Source: Thermoanaerobaculia bacterium
GTDB lineage: Bacteria; Acidobacteriota; Thermoanaerobaculia; UBA5066
DNA: 64,000 nucleotides
Direction: 5' to 3'
Assembly (NCBI GenBank): GCA_963719225.1
Contig: CAVRAY010000001.1
Location: 2,784,001 to 2,848,000, forward strand
Below, in pieces: positions 28,114-37,142 of this stretch; position 1 is the stretch's first letter, and the number at the start of each line of letters is the position of its first letter. The position numbers were made by a program, and so were the translations under genes. The notes beneath the pieces are model-generated. The model made no database searches and had not been told where the DNA came from. It saw nothing but the letters and a program-made list of their open reading frames with translations.

Positions 28114-28158
28114 GCGTAAAAACTTACGCTTGACTTACGTCTCAGGCGGACCTACGTT
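28114..28158 (+). promoter_or_regulatory. imuA promoter TTGACT-N17-TACGTT with ACTTACG-N4-ACTTACG box
   Basis: -35 at 28130-28135, -10 at 28153-28158, GTG 6 nt later; repeats at 28122 and 28133; also GCGTAA-N4-TTACGC palindrome. Confidence 0.7.
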
Positions 28159-28164
28159 GGCCGG

Positions 28165-29019
28165 GTGTCGGCGCTGCTTCTTTCCGCCCCGCTGCCCCTT
28201 CCTGACTTGCCTCGAGAGATCGCCGCCCGGCTGACGACCGCCTCCGGACTTTCGCGCGAACGGTTCGTACCGGGGTTCCTGCCCACACGCATCGAGGGGC
28301 TGGACCGATTGTTGGGAGGCGGGCTGCCCCGCGGCGCGCTCGTGGAGATTTCGGGGCGCGCAACCTCGGGCCGTTTTTCGGTGGCGCTCTCTGCCCTCGC
28401 CGCAACCACGCAGACGGGCGAAGTCGCCGCGCTCGTTGATCCCGGCGACCACTTCGATCCGCAGGGGGCGGCTGCCGCCGGCGCCGAGCTTTCACGGATG
28501 CTTTGGCTGCGCCCGCGTGGGCTAAAGCCGGCGCTCGCCGCGGCCGAGACCATCCTCGCGACGGGCTTCGCGCTCGTCGTCCTCGACCTCGGGCTCTCAC
28601 GCATCTCCAGGCGGCGTTTCGACGACGCCGTCTGGCTGCGCCTCGCGCGGCGCGCCCGCTTCCACGACGCGGCGCTCCTCGTCCTGGCGCCTTACCGCGT
28701 CACGGGCACCGCGGCGCACGTCGTGCTCGCGGCCGATGCGGCTCACGCGGGCTGGGACCGCGCGAGCCTGGACCGGCGGGCGCAGAGCGTGTCGCTCCTC
28801 GACGGCCTGTCCTCGCGCCTCGTGCTCGAGAAAACGCGGGACTCGAAGATGAATATGAATATGAAAGACAAGACGAGCTTGCTGAATCTCTCCCTGCTGG
28901 ATGCGGTTCAGGCAGGTAAGGAAGAGAGAAAAGAAAGAAAGATTTGCTTAGAAAGGGAAGAAAGAGAAAGAGAGAACGCCGTTTCGTTTTCCAGGCATTC
29001 ATCCGCATTCGAGCGTTGA
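28165..29019 (+). CDS. imuA: ImuA-like RecA-fold protein
   Basis: LDRLLGGGLPRGALVEISG, degenerate Walker A, ALVDPGDHFDP, LVVLD; directly upstream of imuB. Confidence 0.82.
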   Translation: MSALLLSAPLPLPDLPREIAARLTTASGLSRERFVPGFLPTRIEGLDRLLGGGLPRGALVEISGRATSGRFSVALSALAATTQTGEVAALVDPGDHFDPQGAAAAGAELSRMLWLRPRGLKPALAAAETILATGFALVVLDLGLSRISRRRFDDAVWLRLARRARFHDAALLVLAPYRVTGTAAHVVLAADAAHAGWDRASLDRRAQSVSLLDGLSSRLVLEKTRDSKMNMNMKDKTSLLNLSLLDAVQAGKEERKERKICLEREERERENAVSFSRHSSAFER

Positions 29020-29057
29020 GGGGTCTGGGAGCCAGGGATATTCACCTTCTAAGAAAA
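28943..29057. repeat. Palindromic element spanning the imuA stop
   Basis: TTTGCTTAGAAAGGGAA...TTCACCTTCTAAGAAAA; right end is an exact consensus copy. Confidence 0.75.
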
Positions 29058-29088
29058 ACTGCATGACATCAACCGAGGCACAGCAGGC

Positions 29089-30672
29089 ATGGAACGACCG
29101 GCAGATGCGCATGCGGAGCAGCAAAAAAATTCGTCCCCGGCCACTCCGGCCGCTCCCCGCCTCGCGTGTCTCGTGGTGCCGCTGTTCCCCCTCGCCGCCC
29201 GGCTGCGCAGCGAGCCCGCGCTGCGGGACGAGGCGGTCATCCTGTGCGAAGGGAACGGGACGGCCGCGCACGTGGTCGCGGCCACGCGCAAGGCGCGCAA
29301 GGTCGGCATCCGCCCGGGCTTCACGCTGCCGCAGGCGCGGGCGCTTCTGCCCGACCTCCTCACGCGCGCGCGCGACGCGGAGAGCGAGCGCGCCGCGCAG
29401 GAGGCTCTCCTCGACGTGGCCGGCACGGTGTCGCCGCGCGTGGAGGACGCGGGCGACGGTGTCGTGTACCTCGACGCGGACGGCCTCGAGCGCCTCTTTC
29501 CCGACGAGCACGACCTCGGCCGCGCCCTGATCGCCGCCGCGAAGCGCGAGTCTTTGCCCGCGCGCTGCGGGCTCGCGTCGAGCAAGCTCGCCGCGCGCGT
29601 GGCCGCGACGTTGCCGGACTCTCCCGTCGCCGTGCCCGCAGGCGGCGAAGCCGCGTTCCTCGCGCCGCTGCCTCTCGCGAAGCTGGATCCCGACGCCGAG
29701 ATCGTCGAGACGCTCGCGCGCTGGGGTCTCTCCTCGGTGGGCGACCTCGCGAAGCTGCCCGCGGCCGACGTCGCGAGCCGGCTCGGCGCGCGCGGACACG
29801 CGCTGCACGAAATCGCGCGCGGGCGCGACCCGCGCCCCCTCGTGCCGCGCCGGCCGCCGCCGGGCTTCACGGAAGGCATGGAGCTGGAGTGGCCGCTCCT
29901 CACGCTCGAGCCGTTCCTCGCGCTGGCCGAGAGCGCGCTCGAACGCCTCGCGCGGCGCCTCGAGGCGGAGGCCGTGGGCTGCGCGCGGCTGGACATCTCC
30001 CTGACGCTCGAGCCCGAAGGCTGCGACACGCGCAGCCTGGATCTGCCCGCGCCCACGCGCGACGTGAAGACGCTGCTCACCCTCGTGCGTCTCGGGCTCG
30101 AGGGCCGGCCGCCGGGCGCCGCCGTGACGGGCTTTTCCCTCACGGCGCAACCCGACGCCCCGCGCAAGAGCCAGCTCACGCTCTTCGGGCCGGCCGAGAT
30201 CTCGCCCGATCGCCTCGCGACGGCGCTCGCGAGGCTCTTCGCGCTCCTCGGGCCCGGGCGCGTGGGCGCGCCGAGCCCCGTGGACGGCTACCGACCCGAG
30301 CGCTTCGCGCTCGTGCCATTCGCGCCGCCGCCGCCTCCCGTGGTACGCAAAATGCCGAAGACGGGCCGTGGCCTTCTCTCGGTGCGCGTGCTGCGGCCGC
30401 CGGTGCCGCTCGAGGTGCTTCTCGAAGGCGAGCGGCCCACTTCGCTGCGCGCGCTCGAGCCCCGTTCCACGGAGGGCGGCGGGGGACGGCCGGTGGACGT
30501 GGCCGGCACCGTGCGCGTGGCCTCCGGGCCCTGGCGCCTCGAGGAAGGGTGGTGGCAGGAGGCGCCTGCCTTCCGCGCGTACTGGGACGTGGAGCTTTCG
30601 GGCGGCGGCCTCTACCGCATCTTCCACGACGAAGCGGGCGGCGAGTGGTTCGCAGACGGCGTGTACGACTAG
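29089..30672 (+). CDS. imuB: ImuB, Y-family polymerase-like protein
   Basis: GIRPGFTLPQARAL, SPRVE..G.GVVYLD, QLTLF clamp motif, C-terminal GPWRLEEGWW...WFADGVYD. Confidence 0.88.
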   Translation: MERPADAHAEQQKNSSPATPAAPRLACLVVPLFPLAARLRSEPALRDEAVILCEGNGTAAHVVAATRKARKVGIRPGFTLPQARALLPDLLTRARDAESERAAQEALLDVAGTVSPRVEDAGDGVVYLDADGLERLFPDEHDLGRALIAAAKRESLPARCGLASSKLAARVAATLPDSPVAVPAGGEAAFLAPLPLAKLDPDAEIVETLARWGLSSVGDLAKLPAADVASRLGARGHALHEIARGRDPRPLVPRRPPPGFTEGMELEWPLLTLEPFLALAESALERLARRLEAEAVGCARLDISLTLEPEGCDTRSLDLPAPTRDVKTLLTLVRLGLEGRPPGAAVTGFSLTAQPDAPRKSQLTLFGPAEISPDRLATALARLFALLGPGRVGAPSPVDGYRPERFALVPFAPPPPPVVRKMPKTGRGLLSVRVLRPPVPLEVLLEGERPTSLRALEPRSTEGGGGRPVDVAGTVRVASGPWRLEEGWWQEAPAFRAYWDVELSGGGLYRIFHDEAGGEWFADGVYD

Positions 30673-30725
30673 ATCTTCGCCGTGCTCCCCTGCAGGCGTT
30701 ATCGTCCGATCGCAACGAGGTCGAA

Positions 30726-30980
30726 ATGAAAAAGGCCAAACGCGCTCCTGTTTCCGCCGAATTCGTCTGCACGCGCGTCGGAAAGGCGTACGTCAGCTTT
30801 CACCTGATGCCGATCTACATGTCTCCCGAACTCGCGAAACAGATCTCTCCGGCGCTGAAAAGGCGCATGCAGGGCAAGGCCTGCTTCAACTTCAAGGCAC
30901 CGGATCCGGCGCTCTTCAAGGATCTCTCCGGCCTCACGAAGTCGGCCTACGAGACGTGGAAGAAGGAAGGACTCGTCTGA
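30726..30980 (+). CDS. Small protein, probably N-terminally truncated (DUF1801-like)
   Basis: GAGG RBS; YVSFHLMPIY...LKRRMQGKACFNF motif. Confidence 0.55.
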   Translation: MKKAKRAPVSAEFVCTRVGKAYVSFHLMPIYMSPELAKQISPALKRRMQGKACFNFKAPDPALFKDLSGLTKSAYETWKKEGLV

Positions 30981-31609
30981 AAAGAAAGCTCTACGACGAG
31001 GCGTACTTCCGGAAGTGGTATCGCGATCCGAAGAAGCGCATCGTGCGTCGTGCGGGCGTCGCGCGCAAGGTCGCGATGGCCGTCTTCGTCGCGGAGCATC
31101 TCCTCGGCCGTCCGATCGATTCGGTGCTCGACGTGGGCTGCGGCGAGGGCGGCTGGTTTCCGCTGCTGCGCGCGCTGCGCCCGAGGCTGCGCTACCTGGG
31201 CCTCGATACGAGCGACTACGCCGTGCGTCGGTTCTGCCGCTCGCGCAACGTGCATCGGGGCTCCTGGGGCGAGCTCTCGGAGCTGCGCTTCGACCAGCCG
31301 TTCGATCTCGTCGTGTGCTCGGACACGCTCCACTACGTGCGGACGTCCGAGCTCGTGCGGGGCCTCGAGGTCCTGCCGGAGCTCGTGGCGGGCGTCGCGT
31401 ATCTCGACTTCCTCTCGGCCGACGACGATCTCGAAACGGGCATCGAGGGCGATCTCGTCGGCTTCAAGATGCGCCGCACCTCCTGGTATCGGCGAAAGTT
31501 CCGCGAGGCGGGTCTCGTCGAGTGCGGCCTCGGCTTCTGGGCTGCGTCGGAGCTCGCTCCCCGGCTCACCTTGCTCGAGCGCGCACCCGGACAGAAACAG
31601 GCGCCTTGA
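30977..31609 (+). CDS. Class I SAM-dependent methyltransferase (probable CTG start)
   Basis: VLDVGCGEG, FDLVVCSDTLHY; CTG overlaps the upstream TGA, AAGGAAGGA RBS. Confidence 0.8.
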   Translation: MKRKLYDEAYFRKWYRDPKKRIVRRAGVARKVAMAVFVAEHLLGRPIDSVLDVGCGEGGWFPLLRALRPRLRYLGLDTSDYAVRRFCRSRNVHRGSWGELSELRFDQPFDLVVCSDTLHYVRTSELVRGLEVLPELVAGVAYLDFLSADDDLETGIEGDLVGFKMRRTSWYRRKFREAGLVECGLGFWAASELAPRLTLLERAPGQKQAP

Positions 31610-31635
31610 CTTACGCTTTACTTACGCCATAGGCT
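31606..31635 (+). promoter_or_regulatory. dnaE2 promoter TTGACT-N18-TAGGCT with ACTTACG-N4-ACTTACG box
   Basis: Same box as the imuA promoter; ATG 6 nt after the -10. Confidence 0.7.
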
Positions 31636-31641
31636 CGCCCC

Positions 31642-34600
31642 ATGGCGGAAGGGCCCCCCAGCCGTGACTTCATCGGCCCATACATCGGATGCGGCCTGCA
31701 TTCCTCGGCGGGCGCGCGCAAGGAGAAAGCGCGCGTGCGCGCGTTCGAGCGGCCGCCCGTTCCTCCGAAGCGCGCGAGACCGTATGCCGAGCTGCGCGTC
31801 GCCTCGGCGTTCTCGTTTCTGAACGGCTCGTCGCTGCCGGAGGATCTCGTCGTGCGAGCGGCGGCGCTCGACCTCCCCGCGATGGCACTCGTGGACACGA
31901 ACGGCCTCTCCGGCGCCCCGCGCTTCTGGAAGGCGGCGAAAGCGGCGGGAGTGAAAGCGCTGGTTGGAGCGGAGGTCGTCATCGCGCCGCACCCGGCTCT
32001 CATCGGGAGTCGTTCGAAGAGGATTTCGGGATTTTCTTCGAAGGGTAAGAAGGGAGAAGAAGCCGAAGCGCGGGGCGCGCGCAGCTCAGCCCCGCGCCGC
32101 GGAAGCGGCGAATCGCCCTCTTCCCCATTCGAAGAAATCCCCGGTCATCCTCACAACAGCCACCTCCCTGGCCCATTGGGCCTCGTCCCCCCTCCCCTCC
32201 CAGCAGGAGTTTCTTATCCCCGCCTGACGCTGCTCGCCGAGAGCCAGAGAGGCTACCGGAACCTCTGCTCGCTTCTCACCGCGGCCGCCGCGGGGAAGCC
32301 GAAGGGGCAGGCGGCGGCGACGTGGGAGGAAGTCGCCGCCCACGCGGAAGGGCTGCACGTCCTGACGGGGGGCGAGGAGAGCGTCGTGACGCGCGCGTTG
32401 ACATCGCGCGACGCGGGAGGTTTCGACGCGGCGCGGCGCGAGCTCGACCGCCTCGCGGCGCTCTTCCCGGGACGCGTGCACATGGAGCTGCAGCGCCACT
32501 TCCTGCGCGAGGAGGAGCACCTGAACCGCGCGCTCCTCGATCTCGGGGGCGCCGCGCGCCTGCCCGTCCTCGCGACGAACGGCGCGCGCTACGCACAGCG
32601 GAAAGACAAGGACCTCTTCGACGCGCTCACGTGCATCCGCCACCACACGCATCTCGACGCGGCCGGCACGAAGCTGCACGCGGGGCGCGAGCGCCACCTG
32701 AAGTCCGCGGCCGACATGGAAACTCTCTTCGCGGATCTGCCGGGCGTCCTCGAAAGAAGCGCCGAGCTCGCGGGACGCCTTTCCTTCACGCTCGCGGATC
32801 TCGGCTACCGCTTCCCCGCGTACCCGCTGCCGCCGGGGGAGACGCCGTCGTCGTTCCTCAGGCACGTCACGTGGGAAGGCGCGCGCTCGCGCTTCCGGCC
32901 GCTCACGGGAAAAGCGCAGGCCCAGCTCCAGCGGGAGCTCGACCTCATCGAAAAGCTGGACCTCGCGGGCTATTTCCTCATCGTCTGGGACATCGTCAAC
33001 TTCTGCAAGAAGGAGCACATCCTCGTGCAGGGGCGCGGCTCGGCCGCGAACAGCGCCGTGTGCTACGCGCTCTCGATCACGGCGGTGGATCCCGTGAAGA
33101 TGGAGCTTCTCTTCGAGCGCTTTCTCTCGGAGGAGCGTGGGGAGTGGCCCGACATCGACCTCGACCTACCCTCGGGCGACCCGCGCGAGAAGGTGATCCA
33201 GCACGTCTACAAGACGTACGGAGCCGACGGCGCCGCGATGACGGCGAACGTCATCACGTACCGCGACCGTTCGGCCGCGCGCGAGATGGCGAAGGCCCTC
33301 GGGTTCTCGCCGGAGCAAGTGGACACGATCGCGAAGCACCTCGGGACGTGGAGCTTCGGCGAGTACCGCGACGGCGCGGCCGACCTCGGCAAGGAGATGG
33401 CGGCCGCCGGGTTCGACCCCGCGCATCCGCGGGTCGCGCACTTCGGGAAGCTCTTCATGCGCGTCCAGAGCCTCCCCCGCCACCTCGGGCAGCACTCGGG
33501 CGGAATGGTCGTGGCGATGGGCCGGCTGTCCGAGGTCGTCCCGCTCGAGCCCGCCGCGATGGAAGGGCGCGTCGTCATCCAGTGGGACAAGGACGACTGC
33601 GCGGACCTCGGCATCGTGAAGGTGGACCTCCTCGGCCTCGGGATGCTGGGCGCGATCGAGAAGATGCTGCCCCTGATCAAGGCGCACGAGGGCGTGGAGG
33701 TGGACCTCGCGCATCTGCCCGCGGGCGACCCGAAGGTGTACGAGCTACTCCGCGCGGCCGACACGATCGGCCTCTTCCAGGTCGAGAGCCGCGCGCAGAT
33801 GGCCTCGCTGCCCCGCCACGCGCCGAAGGTCTTCTACGACATCGTCGTGCAGGTCGCGATCATCCGGCCGGGGCCGATCGTGGGCGGGATGGTGCACCCG
33901 TTCTTCGACCGGCGGCAGGGCAAGGCGCCGGTCGAGTACCCGCACCCGTGTCTCGAGCCGATCCTGAAGCGCACGCTCGGCGTGCCGCTTTTCCAGGAGC
34001 AGCTCCTCCGGATCGCGATGGTCGCCGCAGGCTTCACGGGGGGCGAGGCGGAAGAGCTGCGCCGCGCGATGGGTTTCAAGCGCTCCGAGGAGCGTATGGG
34101 CGCGATCGAGGAGCGGCTGCGCGCGGGCATGGCGAAAAAAGGGATCACGGGGCCCGCGCAGGACCAGATCGTCAAGTCCATCACGTCGTTCGCGCTCTAC
34201 GGCTTTCCCGAGTCGCACGCGGCCAGCTTCGCGCTCATCGCGTACGCGAGCGCGTGGCTGAAGGCGCATCACCCGGCGGCGTTCACGGCGTGCCTCCTGA
34301 ATGCGTGGCCGATGGGCTTCTACCATCCCGCCACGATCGTGAAGGACATCCAGCGCAAGGGCACGCCGGTGCTGGCCATCGACGTGAATTTTTCTGGATG
34401 GGATTGCAGGATAGAAAGAGAAGAGAAGAGGGCGGCCACGCGCCCGCCCCTCGCCGTGCGTCTGGGCATGCGCTTCATCAAGGGGCTGAAGCAGACGACC
34501 GGGGAAGCCATCGAAAAGGAACGAGAGAAGAGATTCTTCGAAGATGTCGCGGACTTTTCTCGCCGGTGCCGCCTGCGTCCCGACGAGATGACCTTGCTCG

Positions 34601-35153
34601 CCTACTCCGGTTCTCTTTCGTCCCTCGGCGTCTCCCGCCGCGCGGCGCTGTGGCAGGTGGCGGAGGTCTCACGCCCTCTCGGCGCTCTCTACGCAACTCT
34701 TCCTCTTTCTCTTTCCTCGCGGAACTCTCCTCTCCCCGAGATGTCCCTGATCGAAGAGACGACCGCCGACTACCGGGCGACGGACCTCACGGCGGGGCCG
34801 CATCTCCTCGAGCACCTCAGGCCATTTCTGTCCGCGCAATCGATCCTCTCGGCCGCCGAGCTGTCCGGCGCCAGAGAGGGGAACGCGTGAAAACCGCGGG
34901 CGCCGTCATCGTTCGCCAGCGCCCCGGCACCGCGAAGGGCTTCGTCTTCCTGTCGCTCGAGGACGAAAGCGGCATCGTGCAGGCCATCGTGCGCCCCGAT
35001 CTCTTCCGGGAGAACCGTTCGGTGATCGTGGGCTCCGGAGGCCTCGTCGTGGAGGGAAAGCTCCAGAAGGAAGGCGGAAACCTCTCGGTGAGGGCCGAGC
35101 GTTTCTGGCCGCTTCCCTCGTTGCCGGACCTTCCCAGCCACGACTTTCGCTGA
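31642..35153 (+). CDS. dnaE2: Error-prone DNA polymerase DnaE2; frameshifted near 34880 in this sequence
   Basis: PHP domain, GRGSAANS, PDIDLD, PRHLGQHSGG, YGFPESHAASF; the OB fold RQRPGTAKG and terminal SHDFR lie in another frame after a G4 run. Confidence 0.92.
32032..32137. repeat. Intragenic palindromic element in the DnaE2 PHP domain
   Basis: TTTTCTTCGAAGGGTAA...TTCCCCATTCGAAGAAA with inner GCGCGGGGC/GCCCCGCGC stem. Confidence 0.72.
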
Positions 35154-35162
35154 GGCTCCGCG

Positions 35163-37142
35163 TCAGCGCCCCGCGATTCGCGCCGCTTCCTGCAGCTTCG
35201 AGGCGGACGCCGCGAGAGCGTCGAGCAGCCGGGTCGTCTCGGCCTCGACCGAACCGTCGCCATGCAGCGCCCGTCGAAGGCCGGGCAGCGTGTCCGTTCC
35301 GCAGCCGGTCTCGGCGGAGGGCCCGAGGAGAAGATTGCGGCGCGCGAACTCGGGTGCAGCTCCGTCGTGAAAAGCGGCCATGGCGTCGAGAAGGAGGGGT
35401 TCGATCTTCTCCGCGCCGAGGCGTCGGCGCGCGGCTCCGAGCGATTCCCACCCGCGGGCCGCGAGGCGCAGGCGCAGGACCGCCGCGAAGAGCTCGCTTC
35501 GCCGCGCGAGCCGCCCCGACGCCGGATCCTTCGAGAGCTTGGCGAGCTCGTCCTCCAGAAACGTCGCGACCTCGGAGAAGCGCCACGGCGGCTCGGGAGA
35601 TTCCGCAAGCACCGATGTGTAGAGCGCCAGGATGCGCGCGAGGGTCGCGCTGACGCGGTAGCCGGGATCGAGGATCCGGCCGAGGAGGTACGGATCGTCG
35701 TATGCCGAGTGGTATTGCGGGTATGTGCGCCGCCCGAAGCCGAGCTCGACCGACGGGATGCCGCCGAGGCCCAGGAAAGGCGCCGTGTCGCCGCTGAAGC
35801 CCGGCAGCTGCATGGTCCCGCGGAGCGAGAGCAGGACGTGACCCGAGGCGGGATCGATCACGTGGCCGAGAACTTCGTCGAGCGATTCGCGCATGCCAGG
35901 CGAGACGTCGGCCATGAAATCGAGAGCACGCACGGAGGAGTCGACGTAGAGGAAAGCCGCCATCGGCGGCGCGCGCGCTGCCAGGCGATGCTCCACCCAG
36001 AGCGTGGAGCCGAGCATCCCGTACTCCTCGCCGTCGAAGAGCGTGAAGACGATGTCGCGTTCTCCCTTCCAGCCTTCGCGCGCGAGAGCCGAGAGAGCCG
36101 CCGCGGCCTCGAGGACGGCGGCGACGCCCGAAACGGGATCGACGGCGCCGTTCACCCAGGCGTCCGTGTGCGCGCCGACGACGAGGGCGCCGGCGTCGCG
36201 CCGGCGCCCCGCGAGCGTCGCCGTGACGTTCCGGAGCACGCGCGCTTCCGTGCGCGAACGCGTGCGGAGCCGCACGGTTTCCCGGGTCGCTCCGAGTCGG
36301 TACGGAACCTTGAGCCATCCGGTCCACTCCTCGGGTGCGGGCGGGCCCTCCACGCGTCCGAGGAGATCCCTGGCGACGCTCTCCGATACGGGCAGTGCGG
36401 GCAATGCCGGACGAAGCCGCGGGAGAGAGCGGCACTCCGCGCAATCGGGAGCGCCCGGACGGAGGAAATAGCGCAGCATGGAGCCGCGCTGGACGGTCCA
36501 CGGGTTGAGGTACGGGCCGGCGGGAAAGTCTGGCTTGACGATCCCGAGGTCGCGCCGCTCCGGATAAAGGAGGAGGGCCGCGGCACCTTCCTCCTCGGCG
36601 AGAAGGGACTTCATGGAACGGCAGATGCCCTGGGCCCGTGCGAGGACGACCGCGCCTTTCACGGCGACACCCGCCCGGCGCAGGACGTCGTAATCCTCAC
36701 GCGCTCCGTGGTTCGCGTAGACGACGCGCCCGGCGACGTCCCCGTCCGGGACCCACGCGAAGAACGGCAGCTCGGCCGGGGCCGCGGCCGAGTAGGGATC
36801 GCCCGCCAGCTCGCGTTCGGCGAGGTCGAAGCCGCGGCCGGCGGCCCCTTCGACCGCGAGCGACGCCTCGACGGGCTCGGGGATTGCCACCGTCTGCTCC
36901 GAGATCGTCGCCTCGAGGCCTGCGGCGCGGAGGAGTTCAGCCGCCGCCTCCACGGCCGCGCGCTGCCCCGGAGTTCCCGCACGATGCGGGACGCGCGCGA
37001 GTGCCTCCACGTTTCGCTCCATCCGCACGGGGTCGACGAGCGTTTCGAGGCGCTTTGTACGGCGCGCAAGCGGGTCGCGCCCTCCACAGGCCGCGAGCGC
37101 AGTGAGGGCGAGTGCGACGGCAGCGCTCGGGCGGCGCGTCAC
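35163..37142 (-). CDS. M28B glutamate carboxypeptidase II-like lipoprotein (PA domain)
   Basis: Lipobox LAAC; HTDAW, AVDP, DGEEYG, YVD, YHSAYD. Confidence 0.85.
   Translation of the reverse strand: MTRRPSAAVALALTALAACGGRDPLARRTKRLETLVDPVRMERNVEALARVPHRAGTPGQRAAVEAAAELLRAAGLEATISEQTVAIPEPVEASLAVEGAAGRGFDLAERELAGDPYSAAAPAELPFFAWVPDGDVAGRVVYANHGAREDYDVLRRAGVAVKGAVVLARAQGICRSMKSLLAEEEGAAALLLYPERRDLGIVKPDFPAGPYLNPWTVQRGSMLRYFLRPGAPDCAECRSLPRLRPALPALPVSESVARDLLGRVEGPPAPEEWTGWLKVPYRLGATRETVRLRTRSRTEARVLRNVTATLAGRRRDAGALVVGAHTDAWVNGAVDPVSGVAAVLEAAAALSALAREGWKGERDIVFTLFDGEEYGMLGSTLWVEHRLAARAPPMAAFLYVDSSVRALDFMADVSPGMRESLDEVLGHVIDPASGHVLLSLRGTMQLPGFSGDTAPFLGLGGIPSVELGFGRRTYPQYHSAYDDPYLLGRILDPGYRVSATLARILALYTSVLAESPEPPWRFSEVATFLEDELAKLSKDPASGRLARRSELFAAVLRLRLAARGWESLGAARRRLGAEKIEPLLLDAMAAFHDGAAPEFARRNLLLGPSAETGCGTDTLPGLRRALHGDGSVEAETTRLLDALAASASKLQEAARIAGR

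Noticed and set aside
31985-32225. Intein in dnaE2
   Set aside because: Too short; no C/S...HN splice motifs
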